DNA from: a virus
IMG/VR virus record: IMGVR_UViG_3300025818_000017
Direction: 5' to 3' (one strand)
Length of the DNA stretch: 64,000 nt
Part shown: in pieces, positions 9,691 through 19,323 of the stretch
Layout of the letters: every line of letters begins with the position of its first letter
Numbering within the stretch: the stretch's first letter is position 1
Translations under genes and position numbers: made by a program
Notes under the pieces: model-generated
What the model saw: the letters and a program-made list of their open reading frames with translations, nothing else
Databases searched by the model: none
What the model was told of the DNA's origin: nothing

Positions 9691-9830
9691 ATCAAATCGT
9701 GGTTGTGACGATTTAGGAAGTATGTGGAACTCAACGAGACTAATATCTCGTCCATATAGTGATGCGAGGGTTGAGGTAGTATCACATTTTTTCGTAAAAA
9801 AATGGTGGAAACAAAGAAAAGGAGAATGAT

Positions 9831-10883
9831 GTGACACGCCCCTTCGATGTGAGTAAATTTCGTAAAGACCTAACCAAATCTATTGACGGTATTAGTTTTG
9901 GTTTCAATGACCCAACTGATTGGGTTTCAACAGGTAACTACCTACTAAACTACCGTATTAGTGGAGACTTCAACAAAGGTGTTCCGCTTGGCAAAGTAAC
10001 CGTTCTTGCTGGTGAATCTGGCGCTGGTAAATCATATATCGCCGCTGGTAACCTTGTCCGTAACGCACAAGAGCAAGATATCTATGTTGTTCTAATCGAC
10101 TCAGAAAACGCCCTTGATGAAAAATGGCTACATGACTTGGGCGTAGATACCGATGAAGACAAACTACTTCGTCTATCTATGAGTAAGGTTGATGATGTAG
10201 CAAAAACCATTTCATCGTTTATGAAAGACTACAAGACTATGGATGAAGCAGAACGACCAAAAGTTCTATTCATCATTGATAGTCTCGGTGCCCTTCTAAC
10301 TGATGTTCAGGTTGACCAGTTTGACGCTGGTAACATGAAAGGTGATTTCGGTCATAAACCCCGTGCCCTAAAATCCCTTGTTATGAACTGCGTCAATATG
10401 TTCGGTAACTATAACGTTGGTATGGTATGTACCAACCACACATACGCATCACAGGATATGTTTGACCCTGACGATAAGATTGCTGGTGGTTCTGGTCCAA
10501 TCTATGCCGCTTCAATCGTTATCGCTATGAAGAAACTAAAACTGAAAACAGATGCCGATGGTAATAAAACCAGCAAGGTTCATGGTATTCGTGCCAAGTG
10601 TAAGATTATGAAGACACGATACAACAAACCGTTTGAGGAAGCTGAAATCCAAATCCCATACGAAACGGGAATGGACCCTTATAGCGGTTTGATTGATATG
10701 TTTGAGGAAAAGGGTATTCTAGTAAAGACAGGAAACCGTCTACGTTATGAAACCAAAGATGGCGAGGAAATCATTGAGTTCCGTAAAAACTGGACCAGCG
10801 ACAAACTTGATATCGTAATGGAAGAGTTTGGTGCTATTGATATTACTGTACCAGAAGCAGAAGAAACTGCTGACGAAGAATAA
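9831..10883 (+). CDS. uvsX: RecA-like recombinase UvsX
   Basis: STGNYLLN..ISG..KGVPLGK, Walker A GESGAGKS, LIDSENA, IIDSLGAL, TNHTY, KTRYNKPF. Confidence 0.95.
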   Translation: MTRPFDVSKFRKDLTKSIDGISFGFNDPTDWVSTGNYLLNYRISGDFNKGVPLGKVTVLAGESGAGKSYIAAGNLVRNAQEQDIYVVLIDSENALDEKWLHDLGVDTDEDKLLRLSMSKVDDVAKTISSFMKDYKTMDEAERPKVLFIIDSLGALLTDVQVDQFDAGNMKGDFGHKPRALKSLVMNCVNMFGNYNVGMVCTNHTYASQDMFDPDDKIAGGSGPIYAASIVIAMKKLKLKTDADGNKTSKVHGIRAKCKIMKTRYNKPFEEAEIQIPYETGMDPYSGLIDMFEEKGILVKTGNRLRYETKDGEEIIEFRKNWTSDKLDIVMEEFGAIDITVPEAEETADEE

Positions 10884-10910
10884 ATAAATCCAAGTTGGGG
10901 AGAACACCAT

Positions 10911-11141
10911 ATGGATAATGAAATGCTTATTCTTCTTTGGGAAACTGTACGTGAGTACATTCCAGCCAAAGACCGACAAACAGCAGCAGACCATGTTATT
11001 GATAACCTCGTTGATAATGGGTTGGACGATGAAGACCTAAAACTATTTAACGGCGTTGATAAGTATATGTCTGCTACTGTGAAAGAGTTTTTGGAAGATG
11101 AAGATGAAGAAGAAGATGATGAGTGGGAAGAAGATTACTAA
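10911..11141 (+). CDS. Hypothetical acidic protein
   Basis: ORF with SD GGGAG, located between uvsX and uvsY. Confidence 0.7.
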   Translation: MDNEMLILLWETVREYIPAKDRQTAADHVIDNLVDNGLDDEDLKLFNGVDKYMSATVKEFLEDEDEEEDDEWEEDY

Positions 11142-11164
11142 AGACCGAAATTGGATGGTAAGTA

Positions 11165-11614
11165 ATGTGGTATGGTAAGATTACCGAAGATATGGGCCAA
11201 ATCCCATCCTTCATCAACTACTACGAAAAAGAACTGGAACAGGCACGATACGAAGTGGCTGTGAAGGGGAATGTTGAGAAGAATCTAAAAGAACTTCCAG
11301 CAAATACCGAAGTAAGATTTAGCCAGCTTCAAGAGATTGAGGCTGTGCTAAACTTTCTAAATATCCAAATGCGAAAGCTTCGCAAAGAAAAGTTCGTTGA
11401 GTATGAACGATACCAGAAAGCATTATCGTCCCGTGAAGTAGAAAAATATGTGGATGGTGAGGATGATGTGGTTGATTTGGAAATGATAATCAACGAAGTA
11501 GCCTTACTACGCAACCGTTATCTGGCGGTTATGAAGGGTTTTGATAGTAAGAACTGGATGCTAGGACACGTTGTTCGCCTTCGTTCAGTCGGTCTTGAGG
11601 ACGTTGAGCTTTAA
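11165..11614 (+). CDS. uvsY: Recombination mediator UvsY-like
   Basis: Helical ~150 aa protein (LSSREVEKYVDGEDDV..RNRYLAVMKGFDSKNW) next to uvsX. Confidence 0.75.
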   Translation: MWYGKITEDMGQIPSFINYYEKELEQARYEVAVKGNVEKNLKELPANTEVRFSQLQEIEAVLNFLNIQMRKLRKEKFVEYERYQKALSSREVEKYVDGEDDVVDLEMIINEVALLRNRYLAVMKGFDSKNWMLGHVVRLRSVGLEDVEL

Positions 11615-12324
11615 TGGAATATGAACATATATACATTAATGGAGACAGTTATACTGCCCTTGCTGACAACAACGTATATAGTGATTTTTTACAAGAGTAC
11701 TTCCCTAATACTTCCATAAGAAATGCTGCGATTAGGGGTAGTAATAACGACAGGATTTTTCGTAGCAGTGTGGAACATATTTCATCACTTGGCGGAAAGT
11801 CTCTCGTTATAATTGGGTTTAGTTTCCTTACTAGACAAGAACTCTGGTACGATGGTAATAGAAAAGACATCATTGCGACTGCCAATGACGAAACGATACG
11901 GGATTATCCAATAGTGAGGGATTTACCATTTCCTATACCTATGATTACCCTTGATAAAGTATATAAAAAAGAAAATACAGAGTTGTATAAAATGTTGATG
12001 GTTTCTGAAAATATCGTAAAGAAACTCATTGACTATTATACTAATTTGGTTATGCTCCGTGGGTTCTTGAGAGACAGAGGTATCGACTATATTATATTTT
12101 CTGCCGCTAATAATTCAGACCTTGGTTATGAAAATGAGTTTATATATAAAACGAATGTTTATAAAACAGTACAACAAGATAAAAGAATAAAAGATGTTGA
12201 GGAATTTAGTATTCCGTTTTTTGCGGCTAATCATGAACTGCGAACAACAAGCACGGGACATTTACTAGAAGATGGGCATAAGGAATTTGCCAAATATCTT
12301 CACGGATGGATCAATAACACTTGA
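11614..12324 (+). CDS. SGNH/GDSL-like hydrolase or acyltransferase, paralogue 1
   Basis: IYINGDSYT (block I), NAAIRGSNNDRIFR, C-terminal GHLLEDGH. Confidence 0.6.
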   Translation: MEYEHIYINGDSYTALADNNVYSDFLQEYFPNTSIRNAAIRGSNNDRIFRSSVEHISSLGGKSLVIIGFSFLTRQELWYDGNRKDIIATANDETIRDYPIVRDLPFPIPMITLDKVYKKENTELYKMLMVSENIVKKLIDYYTNLVMLRGFLRDRGIDYIIFSAANNSDLGYENEFIYKTNVYKTVQQDKRIKDVEEFSIPFFAANHELRTTSTGHLLEDGHKEFAKYLHGWINNT

Positions 12325-12348
12325 CAAATCCCCAGTTTATGCTATAAT
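12321..12348 (+). promoter_or_regulatory. sigma70-type promoter TTGACA-N16-TATAAT with extended -10 TG
   Basis: Near-consensus hexamers; ATG 12355 lies 6 nt after the -10. Confidence 0.8.
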
Positions 12349-12354
12349 ACATAT

Positions 12355-12648
12355 ATGAATGAGCAAGTATCAAGTAAAACAATAGCAGAAGGTCCAGGCA
12401 TCGTTGATTACAGCGATTGGCAGAACTTCTATTATGAAACCCGTGAGAAAATCTCTTTACTGGACGAACCAGCAAAGACAGACATCACGAAGTTTTTTGA
12501 GAACACTCAAATGGCGTGGATAGAATACTCAAGGAAATCCTTGCAGTATAAGAAGCACCAACAGCGAGAATACGACAAATATATGGAAGCCCGTAAGACA
12601 ACAGAGAAATACATTACTTGGGCTGGGTTAGCAGGAATGACGAAATGA
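12355..12648 (+). CDS. Hypothetical early/middle protein
   Basis: ORF directly behind the sigma70 promoter. Confidence 0.65.
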   Translation: MNEQVSSKTIAEGPGIVDYSDWQNFYYETREKISLLDEPAKTDITKFFENTQMAWIEYSRKSLQYKKHQQREYDKYMEARKTTEKYITWAGLAGMTK

Positions 12649-13055
12649 AACTTATCAAAGCACTATATGAAAGCGACTGCGGTAACTATCGGCGTAGGGT
12701 AGAAGAAACCAACAAAGGTAAGGTCACTATTTATCTTCAGAAGATAGAAGCCCAACCTTGGTCATATTATAATCGCAGAAGTTTGTCTGCTACTTCATGG
12801 CAAAAACATCGCACTGACGGTCCCGCGCATATATTAGAAAAGCCTGATGGAACTGTTGTGGAGAAATATTATCAGCATAATGTTCTTCACCGTGAAGATG
12901 GTCCAGCGTCTTACCGTGAGCATGGTAAGGACAAAGGCAAGCCAATGTATCGTCTAAAAGGGCAGAAGGTTTCTGCGTATGATGTTCTTGGAGAAGATTC
13001 CAAGGAAGCATTTGCACACGCCTTACAATACGAAGATGGAAAAACCGTTATCTAA
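12645..13055 (+). CDS. Hypothetical protein with HR(T/E)DGPA repeats
   Basis: KHRTDGPA and LHREDGPA repeats; start at ATGA overlap with the upstream stop. Confidence 0.6.
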   Translation: MKLIKALYESDCGNYRRRVEETNKGKVTIYLQKIEAQPWSYYNRRSLSATSWQKHRTDGPAHILEKPDGTVVEKYYQHNVLHREDGPASYREHGKDKGKPMYRLKGQKVSAYDVLGEDSKEAFAHALQYEDGKTVI

Positions 13056-13296
13056 ACAAGAATTTTGGGATGCTTTGACTAAACCTACTGACTACCGTAA
13101 GACTTGTCGGTGGTGTAAGCATTATACTGGAAAGGTAAGGATACAAGGCGCGAAGCAAAAGTTCCATGCATTCGACAGACCAGCAACAAATAATGTTGCG
13201 TCAAATGGTAACTGCTCTTATCCTAACATTCATCCAGGGTTTTCTTGTATTATGGAAGGTCATAAATATTTTGAGTATGATGATACACGAACTTGA
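13036..13296 (+). CDS. Hypothetical protein with CxxC motif
   Basis: MEKPLSK..CRWCKHY; start re-called at 13036. Confidence 0.5.
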   Translation: MEKPLSKQEFWDALTKPTDYRKTCRWCKHYTGKVRIQGAKQKFHAFDRPATNNVASNGNCSYPNIHPGFSCIMEGHKYFEYDDTRT

Positions 13297-13975
13297 GGAA
13301 TACCCCGAAACCCTTTCCAGTATAAAATCTCTCGCAATCCTTGGTGTGGATCGTGGCGATATCATTGATACCTTTTCACAGTTCAGAAATCAATATGATA
13401 AACCGTATAACTACAAAATATATGCGGTGGACGATAAAAGCGGCATTATGGGAAAATACCGTAAGATAAAACGTGTTCAGTTTGTTGGTGTCGATTTTTA
13501 TAATGATTTGCATCTACCAGAACAGGTAGATTTCATTTATACAGAAAAGTTTGATTTAGCATATCGCCCATACGATATGGTGCGAAGTATAAACACTTGC
13601 CTAACGGATGGTGGAATATTTTGTTTTACTGCACAGAGTGGTATATCAAATGAATACAACAGAACAACCTCGTCGTTGAATGAAGGTTTATATAACTGGA
13701 CTATTCCCTCGCTGACGTATCTTCTAGCAACGAATGGATTTGAGTGTGTACACTTTAGAAAGCGTGGATCACTAATTGATGTGTTTGTATATAAGAAATG
13801 TGAACCATTGGATAACCCTACTTGGTATGATATACAAGAAAGAGGGTTACTAACTAAATCAATGAGTGAAAATGTGTTGAAATATGGTTATCTAACTGAT
13901 AACGATTTGGTTATTACCTGGATTGATGGGCATAACAGTTTAGTGTCTGCGTTTCTTCCAAAGACGCATCGCTAA
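13277..13975 (+). CDS. Class I SAM-dependent methyltransferase-like protein
   Basis: LAILGVD, VDFIY, CLTDGGIFCF pattern; start re-called at MMIHEL. Confidence 0.5.
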   Translation: MMIHELEEYPETLSSIKSLAILGVDRGDIIDTFSQFRNQYDKPYNYKIYAVDDKSGIMGKYRKIKRVQFVGVDFYNDLHLPEQVDFIYTEKFDLAYRPYDMVRSINTCLTDGGIFCFTAQSGISNEYNRTTSSLNEGLYNWTIPSLTYLLATNGFECVHFRKRGSLIDVFVYKKCEPLDNPTWYDIQERGLLTKSMSENVLKYGYLTDNDLVITWIDGHNSLVSAFLPKTHR

Positions 13976-14010
13976 CCATTTCCAATAACAAGCCTTATTT
14001 TACGGCGTTT

Positions 14011-14601
14011 TTACCACTTTCTACAACTCCAATAGCCAGCAGTTGTTTTGTCTTTTTTCTGATCACAGTTGTGTCTAGCACGGAAACTCTTACGGCGTTC
14101 TGGGTTATTTTTCTTGATTTTTACACCCTTCTGTCCGAAGTTGACCTTCTTTACATTGCCTGTCTTTGGGTCTTTTACATATACTTTGAACTTTTTCACA
14201 TCGCCAGCCATAGGCTTGTTTAGTTTTACTTTGCGACCTTGGTATTCAGCTTCCATAACATCTGTATCATAACCACTTTCTGCTAAGTGTGCTAAAACTG
14301 CTTCTTCTAGGCTTTCGTTTTTAGAACCTTTTTTACGGCAAGAACCTTTGCTGTATGCTTTCTTTCCAGGTACTGGTTCGTAACCATCCCAGCATCGACC
14401 TTCTTCTACTTTATCACCCCAAATCCATCCGTTGCCGTCGCATGTATCGCATTCTGCTTCGGTTGGATCGCCATCATAATGACCAGTTCCGTCACAATCA
14501 TAGCAAGTTATTTTTTCGTCTTCATCAAGTTCAATAACACTTTCATATACTTCTTCTTCAATGCGGTCAATGTTCTCTAAAAGTTTTCTAATATCACTCA
14601 T
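14011..14601 (-). CDS. Modular probable head protein: SDIRKLL leader, CxxCxGxG zinc finger, CWDGY module, DUF6321-like basic C-terminus
   Basis: CYDCDGTG..CDTCDGNG; CWDGYEPVPGKKAYSKGSC; KKVNFG..NPERRKSFRARHNC..TTAGYWSCRKW; SD AAGGA. Confidence 0.65.
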   Translation of the reverse strand: MSDIRKLLENIDRIEEEVYESVIELDEDEKITCYDCDGTGHYDGDPTEAECDTCDGNGWIWGDKVEEGRCWDGYEPVPGKKAYSKGSCRKKGSKNESLEEAVLAHLAESGYDTDVMEAEYQGRKVKLNKPMAGDVKKFKVYVKDPKTGNVKKVNFGQKGVKIKKNNPERRKSFRARHNCDQKKDKTTAGYWSCRKW

Positions 14602-15446
14602 ATATTTTCCTTTAATCTTTCCCAAACAATACCAGATGATATTTCATCAATGGTCCATTCGGTATAACTTATAGTATTTATCCAATCTTCACGATTTGGG
14701 TATACTGGGTCTTCTATTCTGTCCAGATTATCCAGCCCAAGCCCGACATCATAAGCAAGAGAATGAGGACTGACGAATACGGGTACGCCCGACATAACAG
14801 CAGTAATAGCAGGACCAGAGCTATGATTGACCACTGCCCAACATTTCGCCAATGCTGTTTCAAAATCGAAATCATCATATGTCCCTTCAATCTGTCGTGG
14901 TTTTGCGATAAGAACATTAGAAAACTCTTTTACATAGTCTGGGCTAACTGGAAACCTTGGATGTGGGCGAAGAATGATTCTTCTCTTACTATGCGCCCGT
15001 ATCTTACGGCATATACTTAGCATCCATTGGTCCATTGGCATCATACCTTTCCACTGTTCCGAAAGACCATGCTGACCGCATACAATAATATGTTCGCCAT
15101 CTTTTTTCCACGGTTTTAACGAAAGGTTATGGCGTGTTTCGCCATATGGTTCTATCCATGTTGCATCGCGGTTTATACCACCGATGCCTACTTTCCAAGT
15201 TTCATTTCTTTTTAGTGCCCCTACCTCAAGGACAATGACTGGCTTATTTTGTTCTTTATGTACATTCCAAATATATTGGTTATGTTTCATACGACCTGAC
15301 CATAGGACAGACCAAATAACAGCAATATCCCCGCCAATAGAGTCTACGATGAGATCGTAACCATCTCGCCGCAGTGCTTCCATAAACGCTTCCATTACAG
15401 GGCGTCCGGCCAAACTACAGAACTCAGGAAATACAGATATTTTCAT
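14598..15446 (-). CDS. KpsS/KpsC-like GT-B glycosyltransferase paralogue 2
   Basis: LRPHPR, VVNHSSGPAITAVMSGVP, YPNREDWI..SYTEW..EI..G; TATAAATA 5 nt before the ATG. Confidence 0.6.
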   Translation of the reverse strand: MKISVFPEFCSLAGRPVMEAFMEALRRDGYDLIVDSIGGDIAVIWSVLWSGRMKHNQYIWNVHKEQNKPVIVLEVGALKRNETWKVGIGGINRDATWIEPYGETRHNLSLKPWKKDGEHIIVCGQHGLSEQWKGMMPMDQWMLSICRKIRAHSKRRIILRPHPRFPVSPDYVKEFSNVLIAKPRQIEGTYDDFDFETALAKCWAVVNHSSGPAITAVMSGVPVFVSPHSLAYDVGLGLDNLDRIEDPVYPNREDWINTISYTEWTIDEISSGIVWERLKENI

Positions 15447-15450
15447 ATCG

Positions 15451-16080
15451 TTATTTATAATCGCCCCACGCAATATCTTCCGCAAAATGATTTGCTATGA
15501 AATCTCTGGTAGTTTTAGTGTGAAAGCTATCATATTCACTGTGATTAGAATTAACATTCAGGGGCTGTGGTAGTTTTACTGTATGACCGATTAACTCAGA
15601 AATAGTCTTATCGTTTAGCTCTTCAAACTTCAATAGTTTCTTGTTAGAACACCCTTCAAACCATTTCAGTTGTGGAAGTTTAGTTAGATACTTGTCGGCA
15701 CAATGTTGGGTATTCAATAACCAAGCCTCAAACCCTTGGGCAAGTAAAGCACTATCTTCTGGTGTATTATATTTCTGCTTCGTCTTTCTCAACCTATGCT
15801 TATATAGGGAAACCATTCTATCCCACGGATTTCTAATCAACCCGAAAAACACCATATCTTTTTTATATCGGATATTGAGTGTATCAAATGTTTCTATTAC
15901 TTGTTCATAGGTGTAATGATTGTCCGACCAACCATTTCTTGGAAGGTTATTCTCGTCTCTTACTTTCTGAACCTGTATAATATCTGCGACATTATTATAC
16001 ACAACTGTCGTAATACTTACGCCAGCAGTCTTGGGAACGTGGATAAAACACTTATTTTCGGTCAAAGAATAATGCGCCAT
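15451..16080 (-). CDS. Sulfotransferase family 2-like protein
   Basis: 5'-PSB-like FIHVPKTAG.SI and 3'-PB-like IRNPWDRMVSLY. Confidence 0.8.
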   Translation of the reverse strand: MAHYSLTENKCFIHVPKTAGVSITTVVYNNVADIIQVQKVRDENNLPRNGWSDNHYTYEQVIETFDTLNIRYKKDMVFFGLIRNPWDRMVSLYKHRLRKTKQKYNTPEDSALLAQGFEAWLLNTQHCADKYLTKLPQLKWFEGCSNKKLLKFEELNDKTISELIGHTVKLPQPLNVNSNHSEYDSFHTKTTRDFIANHFAEDIAWGDYK

Positions 16081-16836
16081 TTATTTTCCTACAAACAAGA
16101 AATCCCCATCATGTAAATGATGTAGTTTATCTACGGCATTCACACCACCAACAATACCAGCAACTTCTATCATTCTATTCTGTTCGCAATCGTAGTAATA
16201 GCATTTGAAATCACGCTGCATGAACCAGATGAAATAGTTATCAACGCCGTTCCCCGTCTTTTCTGCCCACGGTTTATAAATCTCTACCATAACATTTGGA
16301 CGCTCGTTTTCAATAAGGTTCTTTGCACCATATACCACATCCATTTCAAAACCTTCTACATCAATCTTGATAAACCCAACATCCTTATGTCCTTCACCAT
16401 CAAGGGAAACCATTGGAACCTTTCTTTCTTCTGACTCTACCAATGGAACTTGGCTAGTCATACTCAACCGACGAGTATCAATAAAGAGTGTGAGTTCACC
16501 TTCGTCTTTACTGACAGCAGCGTTACGAAAATCAACATTAGTCAAACCAAACTGACCGATGTTTTGTTTTTGAACTTCGTGTAGTTCTTTTACTGGTTCA
16601 TATGTAACAACATTCTTGGCGTGTTCGGCAAAGTATCGGCAATGGTAACCGCTATTACCACCAACATCAATAACTGTTTTATTTGGGTCAATATATTTGT
16701 CTAACTCTTTTAGGATGGAACTGGTGGTCAAACGGTTCCATAACTTTTCACGCCATCCACGCCTTTTCAAACTCTTTTCGCTAATCATTATTACCTCATC
16801 AAAATCTGTAGATTTACTCTGTTCTTTGTTTTGCAT
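16081..16836 (-). CDS. FkbM-family methyltransferase
   Basis: VIDVGGNSG, YEP, NAAVS, IKIDVEGFE.DV..GA, VMVE. Confidence 0.88.
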   Translation of the reverse strand: MQNKEQSKSTDFDEVIMISEKSLKRRGWREKLWNRLTTSSILKELDKYIDPNKTVIDVGGNSGYHCRYFAEHAKNVVTYEPVKELHEVQKQNIGQFGLTNVDFRNAAVSKDEGELTLFIDTRRLSMTSQVPLVESEERKVPMVSLDGEGHKDVGFIKIDVEGFEMDVVYGAKNLIENERPNVMVEIYKPWAEKTGNGVDNYFIWFMQRDFKCYYYDCEQNRMIEVAGIVGGVNAVDKLHHLHDGDFLFVGK

Positions 16837-17873
16837 AACCCGCCACGATGGAATGTTTGTGTTGGGTCAAATATAATACAATCTGCTTTATCACTAGTCC
16901 AAGGATATAACAAACTCAATAGTTTGTCACTCATCGGTGTTCCATCCAAAATGTATCTACCGATAATCACATTCTTGCGAAACTCTCTTGGAAAGAAACG
17001 CATGACACGACGAGCGGTAGGCGTGTCCAAATAGTTACCTGTGCTATTTCCGCAAGCAACCATTCTTTCCAACTGATCGTATTGCCAGCGATTGGATGTC
17101 GGGATGGTTGTAAATGGTCCCGTATCCTCATCCACCTCATTTAGATATAGAATGCTTTTCATTAGATTATACTTTGGGTCCATATGTAATGAGATCAACT
17201 TGGATGTGGTTTTCATATCCCGTAGGGTCATATAGTGATGTGTATCGGTGGGCGTGGCAACGTGTAGGGCAATCGTGTTTAAATCCATATTGCCTTCCAT
17301 GCGGTTATATTTGCTGATTGCTTGGAATACTTGGTTCTCGTCAAAATAAGCACGAACTAACCTAAACAACTCAGGATTATTTTCTTCATTATACACTTTG
17401 AAACGGTCATAGGCGTGTGCGGCAGCAGTATGGTCATCAACATTAGATAGTTGGGCAATCTCTTTACTGAGTAGGTCGTTCATTTGATTGGTTAGTTCTT
17501 TATTACCGTGGAAGCCAGCACACCCATCTCTATCAAGTGTTTTGTAGAACTCTGTTTCTGGTAAATCATTTCGTTCCACTTGCCTCTCGCAAGACTCAAA
17601 CCATAACCTAACAGAATTCTCAATGTATTTGTTCTGACCTGCTAAAATAGCCTTCTCTTCATCGTTGAAGTTAGCATACTTAGAAATCTCTTGTACCATA
17701 TTGGACCAAGCGGCTTTGAAAGCTGGAAACTTGCGACTGTCAAATGTCTTACGGATATTCGCTACATGGTCAAAGTTGATTTCTCTTGGGTATAGACTAT
17801 CACCAGCGCCTGGAAAGTCGCATAGGTCGGGTAGCTCTAAACCGTGGTCTGTAATCATATCGTCTCTAATCAT
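16791..17873 (-). CDS. 2OG-Fe(II)/PhyH-like dioxygenase
   Basis: LHMD (HxD), ILYLNEVDEDTGPF, IIFD..TFHRGG..R. Confidence 0.65.
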   Translation of the reverse strand: MIRDDMITDHGLELPDLCDFPGAGDSLYPREINFDHVANIRKTFDSRKFPAFKAAWSNMVQEISKYANFNDEEKAILAGQNKYIENSVRLWFESCERQVERNDLPETEFYKTLDRDGCAGFHGNKELTNQMNDLLSKEIAQLSNVDDHTAAAHAYDRFKVYNEENNPELFRLVRAYFDENQVFQAISKYNRMEGNMDLNTIALHVATPTDTHHYMTLRDMKTTSKLISLHMDPKYNLMKSILYLNEVDEDTGPFTTIPTSNRWQYDQLERMVACGNSTGNYLDTPTARRVMRFFPREFRKNVIIGRYILDGTPMSDKLLSLLYPWTSDKADCIIFDPTQTFHRGGLCKTKNRVNLQILMR

Positions 17874-18379
17874 TTCACTGCCTTCACGTGTAGATTTTTC
17901 TTAGAAGATTTCACCTGTTCAACATTACGAAACCCGTGTTTTTCAAGTGTGTCCTTCAATAATGGATAATCGTACCCTGTTTTATGAATATCCCAAATCT
18001 CTTGCTTTTCTGTTTCACGTTGCCATCCCCAGAAGCCAGCCAATGCCCATTCTTCATCGGTCATACCATTATTATTCATTGTTGTTTTGCGATCTGGGTT
18101 CATCCATTGCTGAATATGGAAAAGCATATCAGGGACAATCATTTCCATAACGCCATTCGGTTGAAGAACAGTTTTCCAAGCATTTAGCGTCCAAGTTGCT
18201 TGGGCAAAAGTAAGATGCTCAAAGAAATGTCGTGAGTAGATTGCTTCTACTGTTTGTGGTTCAACATACTTGTCTATTTCCCAAGCATTACATACATACT
18301 TCACATGCTTGAACTGACGAACATCAACACCTACATATCCTTTTGTAATCTTTGGTCCACAACCGAACTCAAGTTTCAT
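17870..18379 (-). CDS. SAM-dependent methyltransferase (type 11-like)
   Basis: KLEFGCG, GVDV, IYSRHFFEHL, LQPNG.MEMIVPD. Confidence 0.85.
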   Translation of the reverse strand: MKLEFGCGPKITKGYVGVDVRQFKHVKYVCNAWEIDKYVEPQTVEAIYSRHFFEHLTFAQATWTLNAWKTVLQPNGVMEMIVPDMLFHIQQWMNPDRKTTMNNNGMTDEEWALAGFWGWQRETEKQEIWDIHKTGYDYPLLKDTLEKHGFRNVEQVKSSKKNLHVKAVK

Positions 18380-19299
18380 TCTTCTTCTTTTTCCTTGTTG
18401 AATACGTTGTTATGTAAGTGTTTCCACGTTAAACCTTCACGCATTTCTTCTGGTGTCCATTGTGAATATGCAAGATTGTTCAATACATTTGTTCTGTCGG
18501 GTTTCGGTGGGTCATTGATATCTTCGATGCTGTGTCCTGATATTGGATAAACCATACTACCAGGATGCATAGCGATATGCGGGACGCCAGCCAGAACAGC
18601 GTCAATACCAGAACCGCTAGTGTATGTAACCATACAATGAGCATTCGCTAGGTCTTCTTCGAGTGTAGCTCCTTGTGAAATCATAATACGATCTTCATTG
18701 AAAAAGCGCCTTACATCCATATGCTTGGGCCAACGTTTTTCATCAGTCAACGGATGTAATCTAATCTTAATTTTCTTATCAGTCTTCTCCAAGATTTCTT
18801 CCAGAATGTTATTTGTCCACGTGTAATAGTCAAGACCAAACAAGCTTGCGTCATTCAAGAGTTGAAGGCCGAGTAATACATAATCACCTCCATCATTCCA
18901 AGGTTTGACTGTTAGACCTAGTTCATCAAATCTATCACTTGGGCAGTCATCACGCCAACCAAAGTCTCCTTCGTGTAACATAAAATGATCTACGCCGACA
19001 CGCCAATGACTATTTTTGGCTGGATGCGCTATTCTACCGAGCAGACAAGATTCCAAAAATATAACTGTTCCATTGTGGTATTTGAGAACTTCTTTCTTGA
19101 ACATATGATAATCTTTGGCATCCTTCTCTTCACGGCAACTACCAAAAATTACTGCGATATCTGACTTCTTATAAATAAAAGTGGGATCAAAAATAGGTAA
19201 GTAACCGTCGAACAGTTTTATACCTCTATAGAAATTATGCATAATTCTGGAATATTTTGAACGACCACCAGACGAGCCATATATGATTACTTTTTTCAT
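18376..19299 (-). CDS. KpsS/KpsC-like GT-B glycosyltransferase paralogue 3
   Basis: LLGLQLLND, IRLHPL, VTYTSGSGIDAVLAGVP, PDRT..NNLAYSQWT.EEM..G; start MKK at 19299, 5 nt after TAAATA. Confidence 0.62.
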   Translation of the reverse strand: MKKVIIYGSSGGRSKYSRIMHNFYRGIKLFDGYLPIFDPTFIYKKSDIAVIFGSCREEKDAKDYHMFKKEVLKYHNGTVIFLESCLLGRIAHPAKNSHWRVGVDHFMLHEGDFGWRDDCPSDRFDELGLTVKPWNDGGDYVLLGLQLLNDASLFGLDYYTWTNNILEEILEKTDKKIKIRLHPLTDEKRWPKHMDVRRFFNEDRIMISQGATLEEDLANAHCMVTYTSGSGIDAVLAGVPHIAMHPGSMVYPISGHSIEDINDPPKPDRTNVLNNLAYSQWTPEEMREGLTWKHLHNNVFNKEKEEE

Positions 19300-19323
19300 A
19301 AACATATTTATAAGGATTTTATA

